The notes: a model not told the origin generated them from the letters alone. DNA of 63,765 nucleotides, filler included, from Octopus bimaculoides (GCF_001194135.2; 6 parts of 6 records of this genome joined end to end with filler, not necessarily neighbours in it), one strand, 5' to 3'. Positions 24,981-39,177 are shown, numbered from the whole stretch's first letter. Numbers and translations are program-made.

Positions 24981-27900
24981 GTTATTTGTGTGGATTTATC
25001 TTAAAAGTTAGATTTAGATTTGTACAGTTTTATACATTTTAGCATTGGTTTTTACAATACATTTTAGCTGTAATTTATGGTTCATTGTTGTGAAGATATT
25101 TCCTTTTAATTTTATGGAAAACAATTTACATTTTGCGCTCCATATTGAATGTTAACTTTATATATTTTTGACAAATCCTTATTCGGTGTGCGGTAAAGCA
25201 TAATATAATTTACCACATTATAATACGTAGTCATATGAAAGTTGCAATTATTTCTTTTATCACATAATATAGATAAATATGTTCTAATGTTTAACCTTTT
25301 ATATTCATTCTGTATAAATTGAATATAATTTGTTATGTACTTTATTTTAATTAGAAAATATTCCACTAAATTTCTTTGTAAAATTTGTTATTTGCCATTA
25401 TAAATGATGATTTGATCATGTACGGGTTCCTAAATGTATTTAAATTATATTGTGCTACTAAAACTTTTTACTGACGAGATAACGTAAAATTTAAAAACAA
25501 CAAATTCATGAATTACTATGAAACTGCTAAATAGGGACTCTAATTTAATCCCATCGGAATACCAAATTATATTCAAATGTAAAATAGATTTACGCAGCAT
25601 AAAATAATATATATGATCTGTTTAAAATATAAATCTTTTATAATGATAATTTTATTGGAAACTGAAATGTCATTTAATGTTTATCATTTTTAAGTAATCG
25701 ATTTTACTAAAATTTGTATTCATTGCTATTTTCAAACTATACCCTGCGTAAAAACAATATTGATCAGAATATAGTATTATATGAAAATTTAAATTAATTT
25801 TGGAATAAATTTATTTTCTAATATATAGTCAAAAACCTGGAGGCTTTGCATTTTCTGTTCAGATTCCAAATGTTCTACATTTTTTAAGAAATGAATTATA
25901 TTATCACTTGCTGTTAATATAATATTTCTTACTGCATTATGTAGTTTAATACATGTGATATCTTGAAGCTTTAAATTTAAGAACCCAAGAATGTTAAATA
26001 TATATTTTACAATGGATTTTCATCTCGGTATTTCTGCAACTTATTTAATTTCTTTCTATGTACATACATTCTCTTCAATTATATATTCTTGTTTTTCCTT
26101 TTGCCTTAGGCCATTCTACAACGGTTTGATCGGTGACTTAGGAGGTTTGGTACTTCGGATCTAATGCCATCACGTTGTACATAAAGACATGTATGTTTCC
26201 TGATTGGTCAGGATCTTTTGACTGCGATTTGGTAAGCGAATCTATGTGGAAGCTCAGAGGGGAGATGTTTATCTTTCCGTGAGGGAGACATTTGCACGAA
26301 AAATGCCTACACGCACATTCGTATTAAAAATTGCATACATATCTACAATTCCTAATATGTCATGTCAACAATGTTGATCCTGAAATATTCAATAAACATC
26401 AGAAATCGAGGTGATAACCATCATTTTGGACGAGTAGGAGGAAATAACGTGTGACGAATCAGTAATACAAGAACTCACCACAGGGAAAGTTTCTCACTCA
26501 GTTGAAGCTCTCATCGGCTTCTTAAAGTAGCCATAGAGGTTGAAATGGAAGCTAGTCAGGTGGTAATACTTTCCAATAAAACTGATCAGAACTAATTAAA
26601 TTTGGAGAAAAAGTTGTGTGTATATGTGTTATATATTATCTCTGTGTGGCTGCAACTAGAATCGGCTGTAGGCAGTTTCGGTACATCACAACAGTAATGC
26701 TCCCGATATACACTCCTTGACATAATATTCGCACTAATTTTCATGTACTGGAGTATCAAACCATATGGAAATTTTGAACCAAAAAGAACAAATATTGTCG
26801 ATACATAACAAAGTCTCCCTACCTAACACCTATAAACATCCAAGAGCAAAGAAAAATATCTCAATCCATCTCTTCAAAAACGAGTGCCTCAGTCAAATGT
26901 CATTAAAAATATAGCTGAAAGTTATTCTTGAATTTAATATTAAGGGAAGAACCTGTTGTGTCTTCATCATTTTCGAAACAGAAAATAGAATTCCAATACG
27001 AGGGATATTTTCGTACACACATAAACATTTGTAACTAATATTTGAGCAAGGTTAATGTAACAAAGATGATGGCCAGTATTTTCTGACGACATCTCCCCTG
27101 ACTTGTATTAACCCTTTATTTATAGCAGTATGGGTGAACTGTAAAGACAAATATTACAAGACATGATATGTATCTATAAGGAATCTGGACAACTGTTGAA
27201 GTTTAATTAATAGAAATTCAAGGTGACATACGAGGCAAATGTTGTGTCCCAAAAGGCATTTAAGTCAGGTGTACATATGTGTTACAAACTACAATATATA
27301 GTTGCCATTATTGGGAAATCAGTAGCAATTGATGGTCACTTTCTCTAAGGAAATATAAGATAAAAATGTCAGAAACACCTTGTAGAGTAAGTGTGGCAAC
27401 ACTGTGATCTGCTCCAGCTGTTTATTATGCAAGGACTCCCATGTACGGATATAAGAAATACAACCGTCCACAACTTGACGTGTGGTGACATAGAAGCTCA
27501 CGAAGACATTTGCTATGACAGTGATAGTGCTAAGAGCAAAATTATGGTAGATTCAGCCAAAAGGTTTAATCTTTTCAAAATACTTAGAAAAGGTGAGGAA
27601 GAGGCACTAATTAGAGGACAAATTCACATGTTAAAAAAGCGTATATGTGACAAGCGCGTAGACCAGGGTCACAGATTTGAAGATGTACGCATAGTGACAA
27701 GTTATTAGCAACATACCATAACTAGATACGTAATTCACACACACAAAACAAAAAAGACATTTAAAAATACCATGAACCAATAGATTTCAAATAGGCAGTC
27801 TAGGTATCTAAAATAAAGGACACATAAATCTTATAGGATATTATTGAGCTGCCACATACCTCACGGAAATAAATGAATGTGCACTTGTGAGCGTATGGAA

Positions 27901-28243
27901 AGGCTTAACGAAATATAAAAAAAAATCGTAGGATGGAAAGAAATCCAGAGATGTATGTGTGATCTACTTATCTATTTTTTACCAGCCTCACAAATCGGCA
28001 CATGTAAGGAAGATTCCAGTTTGACGATATTCGTAGACCCCAGTCATGAAAATATATATCGGGTTAGGATTGAATTCCACATTGAGTATTTTAGGTATTA
28101 CCAACGAGGGATTGACGTCTGTGATGAAGCTTAGAGAATATTGGTTCCAATACAACACTGACACTGACACAAGACACACAGGCACGGGCACACGCACGCA
28201 CACACATCTATATGCAATATATATGGGAGATATATATATATAT

Positions 28244-28296
<53 letters not shown>

Positions 28297-28388
28297 ATCA
28301 AAATAGTCTGATTCAAACTCCTTAATAATCTCAGTTTCGAGTATGTTGCTAGTCTTCGGCTCTAGGGGATTGACAGTTTGATAGAAGA

Positions 28389-28940
28389 GAGTCAATATTT
28401 ATTACAAGATGTTAGCCTGCGATTCGTGAAGAAAAATCACGCAGTATAGCAGTTTGGTGTCTGTATTTCAGCGACAATTAGTTGGGAAATACCGCAAGAA
28501 GAACGGCAAATCGACCGCGTAGTGAACAGGAAATCGGCTGCTTGGTGGATCAGAGTTCGGTCCTGTGGTTTTTGCGAGTAGAATGGTGCAGTACATGTAT
28601 ATGCCCATATCTTTGCGTGTATGTACACGTACTTATACGGGAGTGTATGTGTGATTAGATGTACATTCACACATCCGCGCGCACACACACACACATACAT
28701 ACACACACACGTATGAAGACATACATACATATATATACATATATAATACCAAATCCACCGCATCTTTCCACTTCTACCAACCACATGACCAATTTGTAGT
28801 CCACCACGCGACCGATCTATTGTTCACCGTGCGGTATTTTCCAACTAATTATAGTCGCTGAAATACTGACATCAAACCTTTATACCTCCTAAATATTTTC
28901 GAGAAATCGCAGGCTAACGTCCCGTAATATACATTGACTC
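28389..28940. mobile_element. Foldback/MITE-like element with long imperfect inverted arms
   Basis: gagtcaat...gttagcctgcgatt...gtatttcagcgac...aattagttgggaaataccgca (from 28389) is mirrored by tgcggtattttccaactaatt...gtcgctgaaatac...aatcgcaggctaac...attgactc (to 28940); microsatellite-like centre. Confidence 0.8.
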
Positions 28941-29722
28941 TTCCCTTTATACTTCCTCTATCTCTTTCTTTCCCAAATAACTTCTTAGAGGATGAACCCT
29001 AGTATTTCCCTCTATTCAAACTCTCTCATATCGTCTCTGATTATGGAATATATTTTATATCTCAGAGCATAGTGTTGTTAGACGAAACAAACATTTCTGT
29101 AGTGGACGAATTTTAAAGATGGGCAATGTTGATTGAATATTTTCCACATCATACAGTTGATATAGAGCTCACAGTGGCGGTGGAGGGAGCAACGACTGAG
29201 CTTTTTGAGTCATTCTCAACAGTTAAGGTTTGTCATGTCATCCTCCGCACACCTCCGCCAAGCTGCTCATTTTAAGATAGATACGCGGGTAAAATTACAA
29301 ATAGAAAAACGAAAATAAACTTTTGAAAGAGCAACGCCACCATAAGTTAAGTGGAAATGATGAATGTGTTTTCAAGAGAGATAATCAACGAACATAACAT
29401 TGTAATACTTCATGTAAAGTAAATACAACAAATGAAAGATACTTCAAGAATCCATAAAAATTCCTGGATCACTACCAAACTTTCGTCATCTGTTTCTTGT
29501 GTCATTACCAGCCTTTCGTATTAAAAAATATCCTAGATATATCACACTACCTTGTCCTTGATATATCATATTATATAATATATACACGCTCACACACGAC
29601 CCGCATTAGACTCCTCCGGGACTCTAAGTGCAGTCCTTCCGTAGCATTTCCACAGCCTCACCTGCCTTCTTGCTCTTCTGAACGCCAAATCCTCTCACGT
29701 TATATATATGAGTGCGTGTGAG

Positions 29723-29756
<34 letters not shown>

Positions 29757-31939
29757 NNNNNNNNNNNNNNNNNNNNNNNNNNNNNNNNNNNNNNNNNNNN
29801 NNNNNNNNNNNNNNNNNNNNNNNNNNNNNNNNNNNNNNNNNNNNNNNNNNNNNNNNNNNNNNNNNNNNNNNNNNNNNNNNNNNNNNNNNNNNNNNNNNNN
29901 NNNNNNNNNNNNNNNNNNNNNNNNNNNNNNNNNNNNNNNNNNNNNNNNNNNNNNNNNNNNNNNNNNNNNNNNNNNNNNNNNNNNNNNNNNNNNNNNNNNN
30001 NNNNNNNNNNNNNNNNNNNNNNNNNNNNNNNNNNNNNNNNNNNNNNNNNNNNNNNNNNNNNNNNNNNNNNNNNNNNNNNNNNNNNNNNNNNNNNNNNNNN
30101 NNNNNNNNNNNNNNNNNNNNNNNNNNNNNNNNNNNNNNNNNNNNNNNNNNNNNNNNNNNNNNNNNNNNNNNNNNNNNNNNNNNNNNNNNNNNNNNNNNNN
30201 NNNNNNNNNNNNNNNNNNNNNNNNNNNNNNNNNNNNNNNNNNNNNNNNNNNNNNNNNNNNNNNNNNNNNNNNNNNNNNNNNNNNNNNNNNNNNNNNNNNN
30301 NNNNNNNNNNNNNNNNNNNNNNNNNNNNNNNNNNNNNNNNNNNNNNNNNNNNNNNNNNNNNNNNNNNNNNNNNNNNNNNNNNNNNNNNNNNNNNNNNNNN
30401 NNNNNNNNNNNNNNNNNNNNNNNNNNNNNNNNNNNNNNNNNNNNNNNNNNNNNNNNNNNNNNNNNNNNNNNNNNNNNNNNNNNNNNNNNNNNNNNNNNNN
30501 NNNNNNNNNNNNNNNNNNNNNNNNNNNNNNNNNNNNNNNNNNNNNNNNNNNNNNNNNNNNNNNNNNNNNNNNNNNNNNNNNNNNNNNNNNNNNNNNNNNN
30601 NNNNNNNNNNNNNNNNNNNNNNNNNNNNNNNNNNNNNNNNNNNNNNNNNNNNNNNNTGTGTGTGTGTGTGTGTGTGTGTGTGTATGCATCGTATGTACGT
30701 TTGTATTTTGTATGTATATGTATTTGTATGATGAATGTGGTTGTTATAAGCTCTATCAAATAATGCGTACCGGAGATGTACATGTTGATACTGGAACGTA
30801 TCTATGGAAATAAAAGGAGACATTAAAGCTACGGTATGACGTTAAAATTTACTTGGAAAAAACCTTCACTAAAATTTGAAATCTACAAATCATGACATAT
30901 ATTGCTACTTGAAATTATGTATGAAATTAGAAGTGTTCCTCATTTTGATAGAATTTTTTCCTACCATTTTCTCTCTTGGAAGAGGTAAGTCATAAACGAT
31001 ATTATATCAAACGTTGCTTACTTACATCAGTCTCACAAATAATGCATATAAAGACAAAATAACAAACGGTTCTGTTATATCTTAAGTAGCTAAATATTTT
31101 CGATTTAGATTGGTTTCTATAATTTTCCTTTACTCTTATTTCATTGTTTCAGAGCTGAAAAAATACTATTAACTTAAAATGAAATGTAAAATATCCCCAT
31201 AAACAAAATTAAATAACAATAGAATTAATATATATTGTTTTGTTTCAGCTGCACCAATAAATTACAGCTGATAAAGAATGCAACAGAAAATAAAGTAGCA
31301 ATAAGCTAGAAAAGTAAGAGAAAATACATCCGTCTGTTTTTGTTGCTGTGGTTGTTGATTTTATTTTTTCTCTCTTATACTTCAATTTAAAGTACAAAAG
31401 TGAGTGAGAAATTTATTGAATGCATGGAAATACATTGCTATGTTTATTTTGTCTATTTTATTTTGCTTTCACTTCCGAAAATGCTGTTTATCATTCTCGA
31501 ATGAGAGAGAATTAAAGAAGGAAATTAAAAAAAACTTTCGACGAATGAATAATTGGATTCCCGAAGTATTGTTGGAAAAAAAAATAACGTATCATTATTT
31601 TATAGACAAATTTACTCCGTAGAAAATACAGTCATCTACATTGAATATACATTATTTCAAATTTCTTGATATGCAATCTAGAGGATAATACAAGTTTAAT
31701 TTTCAACTAATGATATTCCGTCGTTTGATATCATAATATATGCATGTCGGTATGTATGTATATATGTATACATTTATGTACAATCTTCCATAGCGTCACC
31801 ACACATACCAGTATATGAGCAGCCACATGTTACAGACGCACACATATACACATGCAAACACACACACACTTCAAAGTTACTAGCCGCTACACACACGCAT
31901 GAAATTACACATTCACACACACCATTCTTACATACACAC

Positions 31940-32180
31940 ATTTGCATGCGCACCTTCGAGAGGGATCACCATCGCCTTATCATATCCCTTTCTCCCAACC
32001 TCTACGTTCAAACACTTTTCATTTGTTTCTCATTTTCTCTCTGTTTATCTTTCCATATTCCTTTCTGTTGAAGAGTGTAAATTCGAAACGTCGAAGACTT
32101 TTACATTTTCCCGAGTGCCAAACTAATGCATCAACTTGTAGCTCACACACCTGTCTTCGTATTCAGTTGTTCTAAAAAAT
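31940..32180 (+). mobile_element. Probable PLE 3' tail with minimal hammerhead variant (32061-32096)
   Basis: Pyrimidine-rich tract, then cuuu-CUGUUGA-a-gagu(guaa)auuc-GAAAC-GUC-gaag. Confidence 0.55.
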
Positions 32181-32220
32181 TCAACTATATGCATGTGTAT
32201 ATATATATATATATATAATC

Positions 32221-32305
32221 CTTTTCTTTCTTGGCTATCGCCGAGCAAACACGCGAACTACCTCGTCCCTACTTTCAAGTTCGTGCCTCACAGCGTTCAT
32301 ACACA
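32221..32305 (+). repeat. 85-bp dispersed repeat, second copy at 61822-61908 (minus)
   Basis: The two copies differ at 3 of 85 positions. Confidence 0.9.
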
Positions 32306-35300
32306 AATAATTTTTCTCGTCTGGCCGTAAAGCCTTTTCTGTTTGTTTTCCTGTCTTGTTTTGCGTCCGCCACTACATTCCTCCATGGAGCTTTAATTTG
32401 TGTATACAAATTTAATTTGCGGTCCATGGGAAGAGCCGTTTTAACGATGCGTCCTGCCCAGCTCTTCAAAACGCCGGTGTTAAAACGGGGGTAGCTGATG
32501 AAGTAGAATGTTCTCTATGTGGCTTGTGTGTTTTCTCGTCTACGTTTTGTTTTATAAGAAAATGGAAAATGGAGAAAACCGCACATGATGTTATGTTAAT
32601 CACTTATATCACCGAAATATCAAAATTAATCTGGGAGGAAAAATTAGGTGGAATAATGAATCAACCTCATGAGGGTGGATATTATAAATAACATCGTTCA
32701 TTAGTGAGCCATGTTTACATATGTAAGAATTTATAATATATAATATATAAAAATAAAAGTTGGATATGGTACGCTAGTAATTTTTAAAATGTCATTAAGA
32801 AATGTGATGTCATAAATCGAGAGGGGAAGAGAAGGAAGAAAGAAAGAAAATTAAATAAGAAATGGAAGACGGAGTCAATAGAAAGTGTACAACAAATGGA
32901 TAGAAACGATAGCGGAAAGAATTGGTGTGGACAAAAAAGAATTGAATCAAAATTACGGATATTATTAGGCACAACAGAACTGATATTTTAAATAACTGAA
33001 AGAGTGTTTTTACCAATGTAAACCCCCTATAAACACGTTTTTATAGGTGTTGATGAGTATACGTTTGGGTTAAGAGGATAATCAGTTGTTCATCCGTACA
33101 AATTTTGCCCTCATCATAACGCAACAATCTTCACAAAATTCTCCTGTCTGAAGTAAATTCTTTATTACAGTCTTTGAGATGCCATATTAGTTTGCTAAGA
33201 CCTGTAGTATTGCGTTTACTAATATATTCAAATGTAGAAAAATGTTTAGCTATGCGTTTTTGTTTTTCTCTCAGCGGAGCAAAAATTCCTTACATTGAAA
33301 AAAGTCCTTACATTGGGAAGTAACACTGCCTTCGTAGACTACAGTTTTAATTCTGCAATTTCCTGCAGAATACGTTCGATGTGGATCCCAATTACAAGTA
33401 ATATTTATATTAATATTATTATTTCACGAGTGATCATTATTATTGATATTGATATTATAGACAAGAAGTGAATCACTTATACCGTTAAGAATATAATTGT
33501 TATCTGTGGAGATAATCTGTAGGATATTAATTCTTCGGAATATATACGTCGGTGATACGTCAGTGATTTGTGGGACGGCGCCGCCGCTATTGCTGTGCGT
33601 GTTGAAAATGAAAAATATGACCATGATTAAGTTCACACAAATGTTGACAGATTCTACTACATCTAAAATAGCAGAGATTTTTATCTTCAGTTTAACCTTT
33701 TCCCCGTATTTTATGTACATCCCTGCTCAAAATATTAACCTCTCTTATGCAGCTATGAATATAATTATTTGCATAGCGAATTCTCTGGTTCACATATTCC
33801 ACGACCCTAATAACCTAACGAGATGGAAACTATTTTTTCACCATTTAAATGTTATTATTGGAAGATGTTTAAAAGACGTTTACGGGTACAGTTTGACTGT
33901 ATCCTCCAGACTTGAACCAACCCTAATTCAGCAATAAAATATGGAAATATAAAATGATACTAAAATCAAAAGTATGAATCCTATTTACATGCAGAAACAT
34001 AAATATCAAGTATTATTGACATAAATATATTTTATGCACAGTGGTTTGTCATAGTAGACAGTTTGTTTTCAGAATATTTCTCTTCGTAATTTTATTGTTC
34101 TATTTTCAGATTTTAGGTTTTGGAAAATTTTGAAGTTCATGTCTGCGGAATCTCTTTATAACTCCCACGTGATCTGTTACAACCTCACTGTCAGCAGTAT
34201 AATTTAGTCAATGAAATATTCTTATGAATATTGACCGATACTCTGACCTATAATATTCGCCAAACGTTCTAAATTTTGTGGGAATCAGCAAAAGTTCCAC
34301 GATCATTCAGATAGAATATATATCAATGTCGTCTAAAACTTTAGTCTGGCCAATAAGTGGAACATACAGTAAATAGAGGGAAAATGCTGTTGATTGCAGG
34401 AGATAAGAAGAAACCATAATAACATAGAAGGTTACTCAAATTGAAATAATGTACATGGGACCTGAATGTCGGACTTACAAACTCGCTACGTGCTAACATA
34501 GTTGCATATGAAATCGACAGTTATATTAGAAATATAAGTCAATTATTTTCGTATCACGCAAAATGTTTTAAGAAAGGTCAAACGTTTTGCTAGTTAGGGC
34601 GGACCTAAGTAAAGGCAGGTAAAGTTTATCTAGAAAAGAAGAGAAAAGGAAGTAATTATAATATCATTTTGAAGAGATGTAGAAAGGGAATATATGTGTA
34701 GTATGGACATGTACACACACGCACACACACACACACACACACTTACACATACATACACGCAAACAAACACACACACAAACACACACACANNNNNNNNNNN
34801 NNNNNNNNNNNNNNNNNNNNNNNNNNNNNNNNNNNNNNNNNNNNNNNNNNNNNNNNNNNNNNNNNNNNNNNNNNNNNNNNNNNNNNNNNNNNNNNNNNNN
34901 NNNNNNNNNNNNNNNNNNNNNNNNNNNNNNNNNNNNNNNNNNNNNNNNNNNNNNNNNNNNNNNNNNNNNNNNNNNNNNNNNNNNNNNNNNNNNNNNNNNN
35001 NNNNNNNNNNNNNNNNNNNNNNNNNNNNNNNNNNNNNNNNNNNNNNNNNNNNNNNNNNNNNNNNNNNNNNNAGAGAGAGAGAGAGAGAAAGAGAGCTCTT
35101 TAGACTGTCAAACTAAATTGTCAAGTTTAATGTTTAAAGTATGTCTTCTGTACCTAGAAGCTAAAGACATAGAAGATCTCTCTGACATTTATTTCGAAAA
35201 CAAATCATATATACTTGTTTAAAGTGAACATGAAAGCAATTAATTGCAGAATATCAGTATTGCATTAAACGCATTTACATTCCTGGTAGTGGAGTAGACA

Positions 35301-35457
35301 CCATATTTAAACTATTCCGAACATATGAATTGCATTTTATTCACAGATATGCTCATTCATATGTGCGGTCCCACAGTGTTTAAAATCCAGTATATGCCTT
35401 TAAATATCTATTCTGTTCAGCTCTATCACAAGAGGTACTGTACACTACACGCTCCAC

Positions 35458-35515
<58 letters not shown>

Positions 35516-35585
35516 CAGTAGTAGTAGTAGTAGCAGCAGCAGTAGCAGGAGTCGTTGTATGAAAAGTTGTAGTAGTAGTAGCTGT
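35458..35585. repeat. (TAG)n/(CAG) trinucleotide tract
   Basis: Read directly. Confidence 0.95.
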
Positions 35586-37044
35586 TGTTACTTAGTACCC
35601 GATGTGCAATCTTGAGGTATATCTATAATCACAGGAGTTCTGCTTGCGATTGTGCAATACATTTTGAGACGCACCTTTTTTTTTTGATTAAAAAAAAATT
35701 GTACCGTATGACTTAAAGGGGATTTGACATAATGTGAAAGGCTGTGCAAAAATAATTTATTTTTCATTTCATTGATTTTCATTGTTATGTAGTTTTTTAA
35801 TATTCACGAACCTTAGTAATATTTCCACCTATTTTGTCATTTTGTTTTTTTTTCCACATCATAAAATTCATATCAGTTTCATAGTAATGATTTTTCCCAC
35901 CATGTGTTCAGCCTATAGAGTGTGTGGTATTGATATGTATAGAATCATTATTTGCATAATGTTTACATTGGTATGACACAAAATGTTAAATATGAGATTG
36001 CGAGTAAACTATCTCATTTGTTCAGAAATAAAAAAAAAGGCAACATACATCATGGCAGTAAGAATTTGGAAACAGTATATTATAGCGTTATAAAAAAATT
36101 TCATATGTGAATATTTATACATACATGCATACATACATACATACATANNNNNNNNNNNNNNNNNNNNNNNNNNNNNNNNNNNNNNNNNNNNNNNNNNNNN
36201 NNNNNNNNNNNNNNNNNNNNNNNNNNNNNNNNNNNNNNNNNNNNNNNNNNNNNNNNNNNNTATATATATATATATATATATGCACGTATAAGTTGCATGT
36301 GTGTGTTTGTCTTTTCCTGATTTCATAGAGAACATAACTTATTTAAGAGTAGATATTATTTTTGTATACCTACACTGTATTGATATCGTATATCAAGTTG
36401 TTATCTAGTGAACGTATATATTCACGTGAATATATATAATAAATCTCGACAAAGGATAAATATCAATCTCAAATTCATGCGTAAGCAATTTTAGTCTAAC
36501 TGAAAAAATTTAAATGTATCTTACTCATGTATTCACAGTTCTCCCAATTATATATTTTGGCAGACAGTTAATGTATTACTACTTAAGTTATTTCCACAAA
36601 ACTCCTAAATACTGTAAAATTGACGTTATTCAAATTTTGAAATACTGTATTCTGATGAAATAGCGACATCTATGTCCTATCTTTTGTCCAAAAATATGAT
36701 ATATTCTCAGAAGGGAATGATACCTTAAAAGATCTGATATATATTAAAAAAAAAACCTTCTTAGAAATACACAGTGACCTTCAAAACAGAATAGAACTTG
36801 CTTGAAATAGAAAATTAAATCACGCAGCTATCTAAATTTAAGAATGTTATGCAAGATAATAAAATCACACACACCTGCCAGGCACGATCTCACATTCAAA
36901 AAGAAACCTACAAGCAAATGCAAAAACACACTCAAACACAAATACACCCACGCACAAGCACACACATACACGCACGTTCACAAAAGCATATCTAGCTATT
37001 TCATTTCATTTCAGCAAACATTTCGTCGGTATTTTTATATAAAT

Positions 37045-37212
37045 TGACGAGCGGAGAGTTGGGCGAATCGTCCGTCTATTCTTTCTGGTTTGAAATTCTG
37101 TTGAGGGCAATTTTGCGTTTGGTTCTTTCGGTATAGATGAAATAAGTACCAGTTGAGCACTGGGTTTCATGTAACCAACATACCGCCTATCCTGTACCGA
37201 AATTAGAAACCG
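37045..37212 (+). mobile_element. SINE family 2, highly diverged copy
   Basis: gcggagagttgggcgaatcgt...tttgaaattctg...aaataagtaccagttgagcactggg. Confidence 0.55.
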
Positions 37213-37738
37213 TTAGTAGATATCTTTAATTTCAATATACCCCATTATTTAGTGGAATTTTATATTATTTTATAGGGATTTGAGCACTGAATGTGATTAA
37301 TATAAGCCTATATTTTTCAACGTTCAAAAATATTCATTATTATGAATAATTTCACAACCGTGATCTGTGTTTCGTATTCAACAATTTGTATAGTTAGTAG
37401 CACGAAAGGAATACACTGGGCCCAACTAGAAAACTATATTTTTGCAACATATTTAACTCTAAATAATTCACCGTTTATGTTATTCAATAATGGAACTGTT
37501 ATACGAAGTTTCATGTGCTTACCATAAAATACCCTAATTCCCTTGTATTAAATGTGATGTATATGCATTAATGTTTGTTTTTATGTTCAGTATTAAAACT
37601 ATATTGCGTTAATCTGATGAGTTACCCTAAACTTTTGTAGAGTACATATATATTATTGATATATAAGAACGTTATCGACAGGGGCAACTAACCCATTGAC
37701 AGACTGTATGTGTGTGTACCCGCGTGTCTATATATGTG

Positions 37739-37815
<77 letters not shown>

Positions 37816-38514
37816 GTAGCCTCCGGTATTAAATATTTAAAAATTCATGGGATATTATGTTATATGGTGAATTATATTGCACTACATATGTTATAAGCAA
37901 TGTGCTGTGGTATGTGGTGTGCTATATGTAATATTATTTCATGATAGCCCCTGCCTAGTTACTCTGACTTCAACCTATTTTGGGGATTACACTATTTTCC
38001 TTTCTATGATATTCTATCCTACTCATGATATTAGGCATACTTGTAGTGACTTTATGTAAGTCTCCTTTCGACTAAATCGAATACCGTCTAGAAACTAGAA
38101 AATCATACATACGATAACAACTGTAATATTACTAAAATCTTTTCGGTCTGAATACCTTTCACTGCCCTCGCTACTTCAATAATCCCCACTTTTCGGGTTA
38201 CCTTTATCTTTTCCCAGCCTTTGATTTTAATTCCTCGTCTTTTTATATGTAGGTTGTATGCATTTCTTCTTATATTTTTCATGAATTCTTATCATTTTGT
38301 CTTGTACTTTTGATATCCTTACTTATTAACCTTTTATCCCTCATAAGTTGTTATTTTTCTTGTTCTTAAATAAGTATTGTTCAGTTACTTATGTCTATAC
38401 GAGATCAATGGATATGAAAGTGGTACTATGTAATGTTCCTTTTTAATGTTTATAATCCATACACATATCTTTTACCTATTTTATTTGTGATATAATTTTT
38501 AGAATTCTTACATT

Positions 38515-39130
38515 ATATTTTTATACAATATAACAACATTATTTATGAACACTCCCCCATAGTGACCCTAATAAAATTTCCTCTGTATTGACATCTTAGG
38601 TCTCGCAGTGTTTTGCCCCTTTAGCCTACCCATACCCTTCCTCTTTCTATATACAGTTACTTATATCCAACTGACTACACCTGATGTCTTATTTCCTCCC
38701 TAAGCAAAAGGGATAGATATGATAATATTTATGACCATACCTAGCCATAAGCTGTCAACTCACTTGTCTTTCTTTAAAATAGACAGAGTCTTATATTCTC
38801 AGATTTAGTATTTGATAAAGAGATAAATGAATACGAAGTGAATTACAACACTTAGAACCCTATGAACCCACTATCATGCATGTGATTCTCAGACGTGTTT
38901 GCCTATTCTTAGCTACAATACTGACAACATGAATTTCTTCCATTTTAATGTGTTAAAATATTTAAGAAAAATTATACTAATGTGTCGTACTTGTTAAAAT
39001 TCCATTTATTTATGTGTGCAGCTGAAGATAGCAATGCATTTAAATTAACGTAATGATTGCATTGTTAAATTAAATAGAACCGCTTCAAACGGCTGTACTG
39101 CATCACTACTTGATATCCTGTTTCTTATTT
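38515..39130. mobile_element. Unclassified dispersed repeat ending in a hammerhead-like motif (copy 1)
   Basis: Collinear similarity to 58205-58790 in several blocks, e.g. atatttatgaccat, gcagctga.gatagc, gtaatgattgcatt, gtactgcatcac, ttgatatcctg. Confidence 0.75.
39016..39103 (+). ncRNA. Hammerhead-like motif with enlarged helix II; G12 replaced by C
   Basis: gugcag-CUGAAGA-u-agc...gcu-u-CAAA-cggcu-GUA-cugcau. Confidence 0.55.
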
Positions 39131-39131
39131 T

Positions 39132-39177
<46 letters not shown>

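Noticed and set aside
26111-26231. Exon-like segment with a good acceptor and gtaagc donor
   Set aside because: Stops in all three frames; cannot be supported without transcript data.
27319-27708. Weak LINE C-terminus-like peptides on both strands
   Set aside because: The two strands give conflicting, low-complexity resemblances; not supportable without a search.
37608-37650. ctgatgag followed by taaac..gta
   Set aside because: GAAA absent; helices I and II do not pair.
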